From positions 6,317 through 70,316 of the forward strand of contig JBDTTU010000006.1 of NCBI GenBank assembly GCA_039930465.1: a stretch of DNA of 64,000 bases. The letters run 5' to 3'. The notes beneath the pieces are model-generated. The model was not told the DNA's origin, searched no databases, and saw only the letters and a list, made by a program, of their open reading frames with translations. Source of the stretch: Burkholderiales bacterium. Its GTDB lineage: Bacteria > Pseudomonadota > Gammaproteobacteria > Burkholderiales > Burkholderiaceae_C. Below are positions 24,291 to 32,204 of this stretch, one piece after another. How positions within the stretch are numbered: position 1 is the stretch's first letter; each line of letters begins with the position of its first letter. A program made the translations under genes and the position numbers.

Positions 24291-25464
24291 TCTTCTTCTC
24301 CGTGTGGGTTGCCATCAGCGCAGTGAAGCGGTCGAACAGGTATGAAATATCGTGCGGGCCGGGCGACGCTTCCGGGTGGCCCTGGAAGCAGAACGCCGGC
24401 TTGTCGGTGCGCGCCAGGCCTTGCAGCGTGCCGTCGAACAGCGACACGTGCGTGGGCCGCAGGTTCGCCGGCAGCGTTTTCTCGTCGACCGCGAAGCCGT
24501 GGTTCTGGCTCGTGATGCTGACGCGCCCGTCGTCGAGATCTTTCACCGGGTGGTTGGCACCGTGGTGGCCGAACTTCATCTTGAAGGTCTTGGCACCCGA
24601 GGCGAGCGCCATGATCTGGTGGCCGAGGCAGATGCCGAAGGTCGGGATGCCGGTCTCGATCAGCGCGCGCGTGGCGGTGATCGCGTAGTCGCAAGGTTCC
24701 GGGTCACCGGGGCCGTTGCTCAGGAAGATGCCGTCGGGCTTGAGTTCGAGCACCGCGGCGGCAGGCGTCTGCGCCGGCACCACCGTGACCTTGCAGCCGC
24801 GGCTCGCCAGCATGCGCAGGATGTTGCGCTTGACGCCGAAGTCGTACGCAACCACGTGGAAGGTCGGCGCCTTCAGCGCGCCGTAGCCGGTCTCGAGCGC
24901 CCACTCGGTCTCGACCCATTCATAAGGCTCGCGCTCGCTGACAACCTTGGCCAGATCAAGCCCGCTCATGTTCGGCGCGGCTTTCGCTTTGGCGGTCGCT
25001 TCGGCGATGTGGGCAGGCGTGATCGCCTCGCCCAGCGGCAAGCCCAGGATGCAGCCATTCTGCGCACCGGTGGTTCGCAACACGCGCGTCAGGCGGCGTG
25101 TGTCGATGTTGGCGATGGCGACCGTGCCTTCGCGCTTCAGGTACTCGGCCAAGCTCATGCTGCTGCGGAAGTTCGAGGCCAGCAGCGGCAGGTCCTTGAT
25201 CACGAGGCCAGCAGCAAAAACTTTCTTCGCCTCGACATCTTCAGCGTTGACGCCGTAGTTGCCGATGTGCGGGTAGGTGAGCGTGACGATCTGGCGGCAA
25301 TAGCTTGGGTCGGTCAGGATTTCCTGGTAACCCGTGAGCGCGGTGTTGAAGACCACTTCGCCCACTGTGTGCCCGGGGGCACCGATCGAAATGCCCTGGA
25401 ACACCGTGCCGTCTGCGAGTGCCAGGACAGCCTGGGCTTGGGGGAACAGCAGTAGCGGCGGCAC
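24274..25464 (-). CDS. carA: Carbamoyl-phosphate synthase small subunit
   Basis: [37 protein letters not shown]. Start set at GTG 25464 with GGAGA upstream. Confidence 0.97.
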
Positions 25465-25631
25465 CGGGAATCTCCGTGTTGTGCGCGCCCAGCTCAGCCC
25501 ATTCGAGCGCGGGCTCTTGGAGCTTGAGTCTTGTGAGAAAACCTGGGGTTTCCGGAGGGGAAACTTTGCCAATTTCCCTCAGGAAACATCGTGTGTTTCG
25601 CTGGGCGGGTGGGTTAGGGGTAAACCTCCGA

Positions 25632-25637
25632 ATTATA
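25632..25637 (-). promoter_or_regulatory. Putative -10 element of the carAB promoter
   Basis: Perfect TATAAT on the minus strand about 165 bp upstream of carA. No clear -35. Confidence 0.5.
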
Positions 25638-25877
25638 GACCACCGCGCCGGCAGCTTTGGCCCGCGAGCCCCGCGCACCTAGACGCAGGCGATGCCTTCG
25701 AAACATTCAAGAACCAGCGGTCCGCCGCGGTTCGGTCTGGACGATCCTGCCGATCCAGAGCCTGCTGCCGCTCGCCCTGCTCGCCGCACCCGCCGCCTGA
25801 GCCTGGAAACCATTGGTGTCCAGCGACCTGCAGTTGATCCTGCTGGCCGGCGGCCTGGGCGTTGCGCCGCTGAAGGC

Positions 25878-26285
25878 TCAGAGACCGAGCGCCGCGATGC
25901 CGGCCCGCGCGATCTGCGCGTCTTCGTTCGACTTGACGCCACTCACGCCGACCGCACCAACGCACTGCCCGTTCACCATCACGGGTACACCGCCTTCGAG
26001 CATGCCTTCGAGTTCGGGCGCGCTCAGAAACGACATGCGGCCCTGGTTGATCAGCTCCTCATAGACGCGGCTTTCACGCCGGCCGAGCGCCGCGGTGCGC
26101 GCCTTGGCCGGCGCGATGTGCGACGAGATCGGCGCGGCGCCGTCCAGCCGCTGCAGCCACAGCAGGTGGCCGCCATCGTCGACGATCGCAATCGTGACGA
26201 TCCATTGGTTGGCGACAGCTTCGGCTTCGGCGGCAGCGGCCATGCTCTTGATGTCGGCGAGCGAGAGGAAGGGTTTGGTGTTCAT
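25878..26285 (-). CDS. GlcG/HbpS family heme-binding protein
   Basis: IAIVDDGGHLL..RLDGA, AKARTAA, GGVPV...VGAVGVSGVKSNEDAQIA; 135 aa. Confidence 0.9.
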   Translation of the reverse strand: MNTKPFLSLADIKSMAAAAEAEAVANQWIVTIAIVDDGGHLLWLQRLDGAAPISSHIAPAKARTAALGRRESRVYEELINQGRMSFLSAPELEGMLEGGVPVMVNGQCVGAVGVSGVKSNEDAQIARAGIAALGL

Positions 26286-26460
26286 CGGGTTTCTGTCCGG
26301 CTTGAGTTGCGTGAATCAGCCCACAACTGTACGCACGAAACAGGCCCGAATCCGCCATGACGCAATCCGCCACAAGCCGCAAGGGCATGCGCCCACGGGG
26401 CAGCAGGGAACTAGAATTCGCCGCGCGAGTCTCACACCGCGTTACTCAACAGGAGGTCTC

Positions 26461-27156
26461 ATGAATCAACCCGTGCAAGCCACTTTCACCGGATACGCCG
26501 GCGAAGTCACGTCGGCAGAGCAACGCAACCGCGTCTTGCGCAACACCTACTGGCTGCTTGCGCTGTCGATGGTGCCCACCGTGCTCGGCGCCTGGATCGG
26601 CGTTTCCACCGGCCTGATGCGCGGCATGGGCGCGGGCATGAGCGCCATCATCTTCCTCGGTGGCGCCTTCGGTCTGATGTTCGCAATCGAGAAGACCAAG
26701 AACTCGGCGGCCGGCGTGCCGGTGCTGCTCGGCTTCACCTTCTTCATGGGCCTGATGCTGTCGCGCATGATCGGCGCCGTGCTGGGCCAGACCAACGGCG
26801 CGGGGCTGATCATGACGGCCTTCGCCGGCACCGGGCTGATCTTCTTCGGCATGGCCGCGCTGTCGTCGGTGATCAAGCGTGACCTGTCGGCCATGGGCAA
26901 GTTCCTGTTCATCGGCATGATCATGGTGTTCGTGGCCGCGATCCTGAACATCTTCCTGCAGTCGAGCGCGCTGATGATCACGATCTCGGTGCTGGCCATC
27001 GGCATCTTCTCGGCTTTCATCCTGTACGACCTGAAGCGCGTGAAAGACGGCGAAGAAACCAACTACATCACCGCCACGCTGGGCGTTTATCTGAGTTTGT
27101 ACAACGTGTTCCAGTCGTTGCTCGCGATCCTCGGGTTCGCCAACAGCAGCGATTAA
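26461..27156 (+). CDS. yccA: Bax inhibitor-1/YccA family membrane protein
   Basis: RNRVLRNTY, about 7 TMs, ETNYITATLGVYLSLYNVF. Start ATG 26461 with CAGGAGG upstream. Confidence 0.9.
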   Translation: MNQPVQATFTGYAGEVTSAEQRNRVLRNTYWLLALSMVPTVLGAWIGVSTGLMRGMGAGMSAIIFLGGAFGLMFAIEKTKNSAAGVPVLLGFTFFMGLMLSRMIGAVLGQTNGAGLIMTAFAGTGLIFFGMAALSSVIKRDLSAMGKFLFIGMIMVFVAAILNIFLQSSALMITISVLAIGIFSAFILYDLKRVKDGEETNYITATLGVYLSLYNVFQSLLAILGFANSSD

Positions 27157-27179
27157 CGCCTATCGGCGGGACGGAAGGC

Positions 27180-27206
27180 GGGGGCCCTTTGGGCCCCCTT
27201 TTCTTT
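27180..27206 (+). terminator. Intrinsic terminator after yccA (between convergent genes)
   Basis: GGGGGCCC-TTT-GGGCCCCC followed by TTTTCTTT. Confidence 0.8.
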
Positions 27207-27212
27207 GGCTTT

Positions 27213-28634
27213 TCAAGTTGCGGTGCTCGCCGTCAGGTGCGCAATCGAGTTGGCGTAGTAGGCCACCACCGTCCTCTCGGCCGCGTTGACGCGGAACAGG
27301 CCCTGCTCTTCCAGCACCAGGTGCCGCAGCGTGAGCATGCGCAGGCCAACGGTGAGCGCGTAGTCGCGGTCGGTGCGCGGTACGTAGACATGCGCGCCGA
27401 GCGCCTCGACTCGTTCGATCAGGGCGTGGACTGCGGCTTTCAGTTCCAGTTCTGACCACGCCCGTTGCGGGTCGCCCAGAAACACGCTGGCGACCAGCGG
27501 CACGGGCAGCACCGGCACGTTCAAGCCGATCTGCGTCATCAGCACCTGGCCGACCGCGGCCACTTGGACGCGCCGTTCGGCATCGTCGAGCGCGCGAAAG
27601 TCGATGCCACGTTCCTTCACGAACGCGCGCATCGAATACGGTTGGCCGAAGTTCACGCAGGCATAGCCAAAACGATAGCGCCGCCCCAGCAGCGTGAACA
27701 CGAACTGCCGCGCAAGGTAGCTGCCCGTGATGCGCAGCGTACGCAGCAAGCCACTGCGCTGCGGCCTGGCATCGAGCTTGCGCAGCAGCGTGCGGTCTTC
27801 GATCACACGGTCGTAGTTGATGCCGACCGGAATGAAGACCAGATCACGTTCGCCATCGGGGCTGAAGCCCTTGAGCATGTAGTCGAGCAAGCCAAGCTTG
27901 GGTTCGCGCAAGCGCCCGTCGACCGTGAGCCCGCCTTCGGGGTACATGGCCTGCGGCACACCGCCTTCGGTGGCCATCTGCACGTAGCGCTGCAGCACCA
28001 TCCGGTACAGCGGGTCGCCGGAATTGCGGCGCACGAAGTAGGCCCCCATCGCGCGGATCAAACCCTGCAACGGCCAGATGCGTGCCCACTCGCCGACCGC
28101 GTAGCTCAGCGCGACGCGCTCGGCGGCAAGAAAGGACACGAGGATGTAGTCCATGTTGCTGCGGTGATTCATCACGAACACGACGGTGGACTTCGGGTTG
28201 ATCGCGGCCATTGCCTGCGCGTCGGTGTAGCCCAGGCGCACACGGTAGACGAGCCGCGCGAAGGTCTTCGACAGCCAGTAGCCGACGCGGAAGTAGACGT
28301 AGGCGTTGAAGGCCGGCACGATCTCGCGCGCGTAGACGGCGATCGTTTTCATCACCACCGCCCGCGGCTGGCCGGTGGTGGCCGCGTGCGCCTCGGCGGC
28401 GGCCAGCACGCGCGGGTCGATCATCAGCCGGTCGATCAGCGCGCGGCGGCGCGTCAGCTTGAACTGCGGCAGCTCGATCTTCAGGCGCACGCTGATCTCG
28501 TCCAGCACGTTGCGCACCTTGCGCCTGAAGTACCAGCGTGCGCCCGGCAGCAGCAGCCATTGCAGCAGCGCCAGCAGCACCAGCGCGCACATCAGCACGA
28601 ACACCCACAGCGGCACGGCGACGGTTTGCGTCAA
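27213..28634 (-). CDS. Glycerol-3-phosphate/1-acylglycerol-3-phosphate acyltransferase (PlsB-like)
   Basis: HxxxxD motif NHRSNMD, GAYFVRR, YPEGG; N-terminal membrane anchor; TTG start. Confidence 0.8.
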   Translation of the reverse strand: MTQTVAVPLWVFVLMCALVLLALLQWLLLPGARWYFRRKVRNVLDEISVRLKIELPQFKLTRRRALIDRLMIDPRVLAAAEAHAATTGQPRAVVMKTIAVYAREIVPAFNAYVYFRVGYWLSKTFARLVYRVRLGYTDAQAMAAINPKSTVVFVMNHRSNMDYILVSFLAAERVALSYAVGEWARIWPLQGLIRAMGAYFVRRNSGDPLYRMVLQRYVQMATEGGVPQAMYPEGGLTVDGRLREPKLGLLDYMLKGFSPDGERDLVFIPVGINYDRVIEDRTLLRKLDARPQRSGLLRTLRITGSYLARQFVFTLLGRRYRFGYACVNFGQPYSMRAFVKERGIDFRALDDAERRVQVAAVGQVLMTQIGLNVPVLPVPLVASVFLGDPQRAWSELELKAAVHALIERVEALGAHVYVPRTDRDYALTVGLRMLTLRHLVLEEQGLFRVNAAERTVVAYYANSIAHLTASTAT

Positions 28635-28723
28635 GAGCGATCCTCCCGGAACACGCGGAGTATCGGGCGCAGCCGACGTGCCGGCGATTCGGGCAAACCT
28701 TCGCCTGTCAGCCCCGCTCGAAC

Positions 28724-28946
28724 ACCGCCATGCTTTGGCTTCGGCCCACGTCGCTACACGACATTACCCTGCGCCGAAGCATCGCGATCAAAGACCGCCA
28801 TGCTTTGGCTTCGGCCCACGTCGCTACACGACATCACCCTGCGCTGAAGCATCGCGGTCAAAGACCGCCATGCTTTGGCTTCGGCCCACGTCGCTACACG
28901 ACATCACCCTGCGCCGAAGCATCGCGGTCAAAGACCGCCATGCTTT
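28724..28946. repeat. Tandem array of three 70-bp palindromic units plus a 13-bp partial, overlapping the rlmD 3' end
   Basis: Unit ACCGCCATGCTTTGGCTTCGGCCCACGTCGCTACACGACATCACCCTGCGCCGAAGCATCGCGGTCAAAG starts at 28724, 28794 and 28864, with a partial at 28934. Only three single-base differences among the copies. Confidence 0.97.
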
Positions 28947-30291
28947 CTACATGCGCCGTGTGCGGGAACATGTTCACCGCGCCCGCCGCCGTGCAGCGGT
29001 AACCCGCCTGGTGCACCAGCACACCCGCATCGCGTGCCAGCGTGGCCGGGTTGCAGCTGACGTAGACGATGCGTGTCGGCGCCACATACCCCGGTGCCAA
29101 AGAGGGGTCGGCGTGGATATCGGCCAGCGCCTTGGCGAGCGCAAAAGCGCCTTCGCGCGGCGGGTCGACAAGCCACTTGTCGGCGTGGCCGTGGCCGGCG
29201 AGCGTGGCGGGCGTCAGCTCGAACAGGTTGCTGGCAGCGAAGCTCGCCTTCGCACCCAAGCCGTTGAGCGCCGCGTTGTCGCGCGCACGCTGAACCAGCG
29301 TTTCGCTGCCTTCGATGCCGAGCACTTCGCGCGCCTTCGTCGCGATCGGCAACGTGAAGTTGCCCAGGCCGCAGAACCAGTCGATCACGCGCTCGGCCGG
29401 GCTTGCATCGAGCAGGCGCAAGGCGCGCGTGACCAGCACGCGGTTGATGTGCGGGTTGACCTGCGTGAAGTCGGTCGGCTTGAACGGCATGACGATGCCG
29501 AACTCGGGCAGCGCATAGGCCAGCTCAGGCCCGCCGGCCTCCAGACGTTGCACGGTGTCGGGCCCTTTCGACTGCAGCCACCACTGCACGCCGCGCTCTG
29601 CCCCGAATACCCGCAGCCGTTCCATATCGGGCTCGCTGAGCGGCTCCATGTGGCGCAGCACCATGGCGGTCACATCGTCCCCGATCGCCAATTCGATCTG
29701 CGGCAAGCGGTCACGCTGCGCCATGCCCTCGATCAGCTCGCGCAGCGGCACGAGCAAAGCGCTCACGTGCGGCGGCAGCACCTCGCAGCTGTCCATGTCG
29801 GCCACGAAGCTCGACTTGCGCTCGTGAAAACCGACCAGCACTTTGGCCTTCTTCACCACATAACGCACCGACAAACGGCCCCGGTAGCGGTAACCCCAGG
29901 CCGGCCCTTCGATCGGCCGCAGAACTTGTCCAGGCCTGACCTTGCCAAGATGCCAGAGCGCGTCTTCGAGCGCACGCTGTTTGGTCGCGACCTGCGCGCC
30001 GACGTGGAAGTGCTGCATCTTGCAACCGCCGCAATGACCGAAGTGCCGGCACTGCGGCACCACGCGCTGCGAGCTTTCGCGGCGCAGTGCGCTGATCGTC
30101 GCCTGCTCCCAGTTGTTCTTGCGCCGGCCCACCTGCACCTGCACTTCCTCGCCGGGCAGCGCGTCTTCGATGAACACGACCTTGCCGGCGGCGTTGTGGG
30201 CCACCCCCTGAGCTTCGAGGTCGAGCGACTCGACCTTCAGCCACTCCTTTTCGACCACGGCTTTTTCGAGCACCACTTTTGCTGATTCCAT
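28894..30291 (-). CDS. rlmD: 23S rRNA m5U1939 methyltransferase RlmD (RumA)
   Basis: TRAM domain, C-x5-CGGC Fe-S motif ([10 protein letters not shown]), [42 protein letters not shown]. The last 11 codons come from the repeat. Confidence 0.96.
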   Translation of the reverse strand: MESAKVVLEKAVVEKEWLKVESLDLEAQGVAHNAAGKVVFIEDALPGEEVQVQVGRRKNNWEQATISALRRESSQRVVPQCRHFGHCGGCKMQHFHVGAQVATKQRALEDALWHLGKVRPGQVLRPIEGPAWGYRYRGRLSVRYVVKKAKVLVGFHERKSSFVADMDSCEVLPPHVSALLVPLRELIEGMAQRDRLPQIELAIGDDVTAMVLRHMEPLSEPDMERLRVFGAERGVQWWLQSKGPDTVQRLEAGGPELAYALPEFGIVMPFKPTDFTQVNPHINRVLVTRALRLLDASPAERVIDWFCGLGNFTLPIATKAREVLGIEGSETLVQRARDNAALNGLGAKASFAASNLFELTPATLAGHGHADKWLVDPPREGAFALAKALADIHADPSLAPGYVAPTRIVYVSCNPATLARDAGVLVHQAGYRCTAAGAVNMFPHTAHVESMAVFDRDASAQGDVV

Positions 30292-30325
30292 GGGCCGCGA
30301 TTATCGGCGCGCGCAATGCCGCTGC

Positions 30326-30331
30326 TACACT
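30326..30331 (+). promoter_or_regulatory. Extended -10 (TGC-TACACT) of the gcv operon promoter
   Basis: TGnTACACT ends 7 nt before the first riboswitch stem. Confidence 0.55.
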
Positions 30332-30338
30332 TCGGGCC

Positions 30339-30574
30339 GTCAGGAGAGAGCTTTCCGGTGGGTCGAAACGACGCCCCGATGAAGCCGCCGAAGGCGCAGG
30401 GCCAAGCATGTGGAAGCAAGGCTCGAACGCTCAGGCAAAAGGACTGACAAGCGCTTCGTTTCGAAGCGTTCCTCGCTGGAGAGAGGCCCACCCCGAGTGG
30501 GCCCACCGAAGGGGCAAGCGGCTCTACCGCGAAAGCGGCGCTGCCAATCTCTCAGGTAAAGCGGACAGAGAGGG
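30339..30574 (+). ncRNA. Tandem glycine riboswitch
   Basis: Two aptamers, each with GGAGAGAG...CCGAAGG.GCA...CTCAGG.AAA..GGAC (about 30339-30448 and 30474-30574), directly upstream of gcvT. Confidence 0.93.
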
Positions 30575-30646
30575 CATTCCCGGTGCGATCATGAGGTCGC
30601 GCCGGTCCATTGAATTGCCCTCGCAGGACCTCCTCAGGAGACGACC

Positions 30647-31774
30647 ATGTCCGACACCGCCGTTCTGCAAACCACCCCGCTGCACGCGTTGCACCTCGAA
30701 CTCGGCGCCAAGATGGTGCCCTTCGCTGGCTACGAGATGCCGGTCTCGTACCCCGCCGGCATCATCAAGGAACACCGCCAGTGCCGCGAATCGGCAGCGC
30801 TGTTCGACGTTTCACACATGGGCCAGCTGCGCCTCGCCGGCCCTGACGCCGCGAAAGCCCTCGAAACCCTGGTGCCCATGGATGTGCAAGGCCTCGCCGA
30901 CGGCCAGCAGCGCTACGCGTATTTCACCAATGCGAACGGCGGCATCCTCGACGACCTGATGATCACGCGGCGCGCTGCCCAGAACGACCTGTTGCTGATC
31001 GTCAACGCGGCCTGCAAGGCGGCCGACATCAAATACCTGGTCACCAACATCGGCCACCGCTGCACGGTGCAGCCGCTGCCCGAGCGCGCGCTGCTCGCGC
31101 TGCAAGGCCCGAAGGCGGTGCATGCACTGGCGCGCCTGAACCCCGCCGTCGCTTCGCTGGTATTCATGACTGGCATGAGCGTCACCCTCGCCGGTGCCGA
31201 GTGTTTCGTCACCCGCTCGGGTTACACCGGCGACGACGGCTTCGAGATCTCGGTGCCTGCCGACCGGGCCGAAGCGCTGGCGCGCGAGCTGCTCGCACAA
31301 GCCGAGGTCGGCCCTGTCGGCCTGGGCGCACGCGACACGCTTCGGCTCGAAGCCGGTCTGTGCCTGTACGGGCACGACATCGACACCACGACAACGCCGG
31401 TCGAAGCCGCCCTCACCTGGGCGATCCAGAAAGTGCGGCGCGCCGGCGGCGCGCGCCATGGCGGTTACCCCGGCGCTTCGGTGATCGACGGCCAGCTCGC
31501 CACCGGCGCGGCCACCAAGCGGGTCGGCCTGATCGGGCTCGAACGTGTGCCGGTGCGCGAAGGCGCCACCATCCATGACGCCCACGGCCGCAAGCTCGGC
31601 CACGTGACGAGCGGCACGCTCGCGCCGACCGTGGCGCAACCGATCGCAATGGCCTACCTCGCCGCCAACCACGCACTGCCGAACCACGAGGTCTATGCCG
31701 ACGTGCGCGGCAAGGCCCAGCCCATGCGCGTGACTTCCATGCCGTTCACGCCGCACCACTACTTCCGCGGCTGA
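30647..31774 (+). CDS. gcvT: Glycine cleavage system aminomethyltransferase T
   Basis: LFDVSHMGQ, GGILDDL, TRSGYTGDDGFEI, GLGARDTLRLEAGLCLYG. Confidence 0.97.
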   Translation: MSDTAVLQTTPLHALHLELGAKMVPFAGYEMPVSYPAGIIKEHRQCRESAALFDVSHMGQLRLAGPDAAKALETLVPMDVQGLADGQQRYAYFTNANGGILDDLMITRRAAQNDLLLIVNAACKAADIKYLVTNIGHRCTVQPLPERALLALQGPKAVHALARLNPAVASLVFMTGMSVTLAGAECFVTRSGYTGDDGFEISVPADRAEALARELLAQAEVGPVGLGARDTLRLEAGLCLYGHDIDTTTTPVEAALTWAIQKVRRAGGARHGGYPGASVIDGQLATGAATKRVGLIGLERVPVREGATIHDAHGRKLGHVTSGTLAPTVAQPIAMAYLAANHALPNHEVYADVRGKAQPMRVTSMPFTPHHYFRG

Positions 31775-31819
31775 ACCCGCAAACCATCAACGTCCCCCGA
31801 CAAATCACTGGAGCCCCCG

Positions 31820-32194
31820 ATGACGACCATGTACACCAACGACCACGAGTGGATCAACATCGAAGACCACGAGGCCGCCACCGTCGGCATCACCCACCAC
31901 GCGCAGGACGCGCTGGGCGATGTGGTCTTCATCGAGTTGCCTTCGGTGGGCAGCACCTTCAAACAAGGCGAGGTGGCCGGCGTGGTCGAATCGGTGAAAG
32001 CAGCGGCCGACCTGTTCATGCCAGTCAGCGGCGAAATCGTCGAGGTCAACGAAGCGCTGCGCGACGACCCGTCGCTCGCCAACACCGACCCCTTGGGCAA
32101 CGGCTGGTTCTTCAAGGTTCATGTCAGCAACATGGCCGAGTTCGAACAGCTGATGGACGCGCCCGCCTACGACCTGCTCGTCAAGAACAGCTGA
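31820..32194 (+). CDS. gcvH: Glycine cleavage system H protein
   Basis: [22 protein letters not shown], lipoyl-lysine motif VESVKAA. Confidence 0.98.
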   Translation: MTTMYTNDHEWINIEDHEAATVGITHHAQDALGDVVFIELPSVGSTFKQGEVAGVVESVKAAADLFMPVSGEIVEVNEALRDDPSLANTDPLGNGWFFKVHVSNMAEFEQLMDAPAYDLLVKNS

Positions 32195-32204
32195 AGGGCT
32201 TTCA

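Noticed and set aside
25679-25814. Minus-strand 44-aa ORF MVSRLRRRV...CFEGIACV
   Set aside because: No ribosome-binding site, atypical codon use and no motif.
26349-26372. Direct repeat AATCCGCCA twice between the glcG-like gene and yccA
   Set aside because: Only 9 bp at 15-bp spacing in GC-rich DNA, with no regulator to associate it with.
28724-28946. CRISPR array
   Set aside because: The units are near-identical along their whole 70 bp, with no unique spacers and no cas genes in the window.
28375-30285. 636-aa plus-strand ORF reading through the repeat
   Set aside because: Antisense to rlmD and the acyltransferase; the open frame is explained by the absence of plus-strand stops in the repeat unit.
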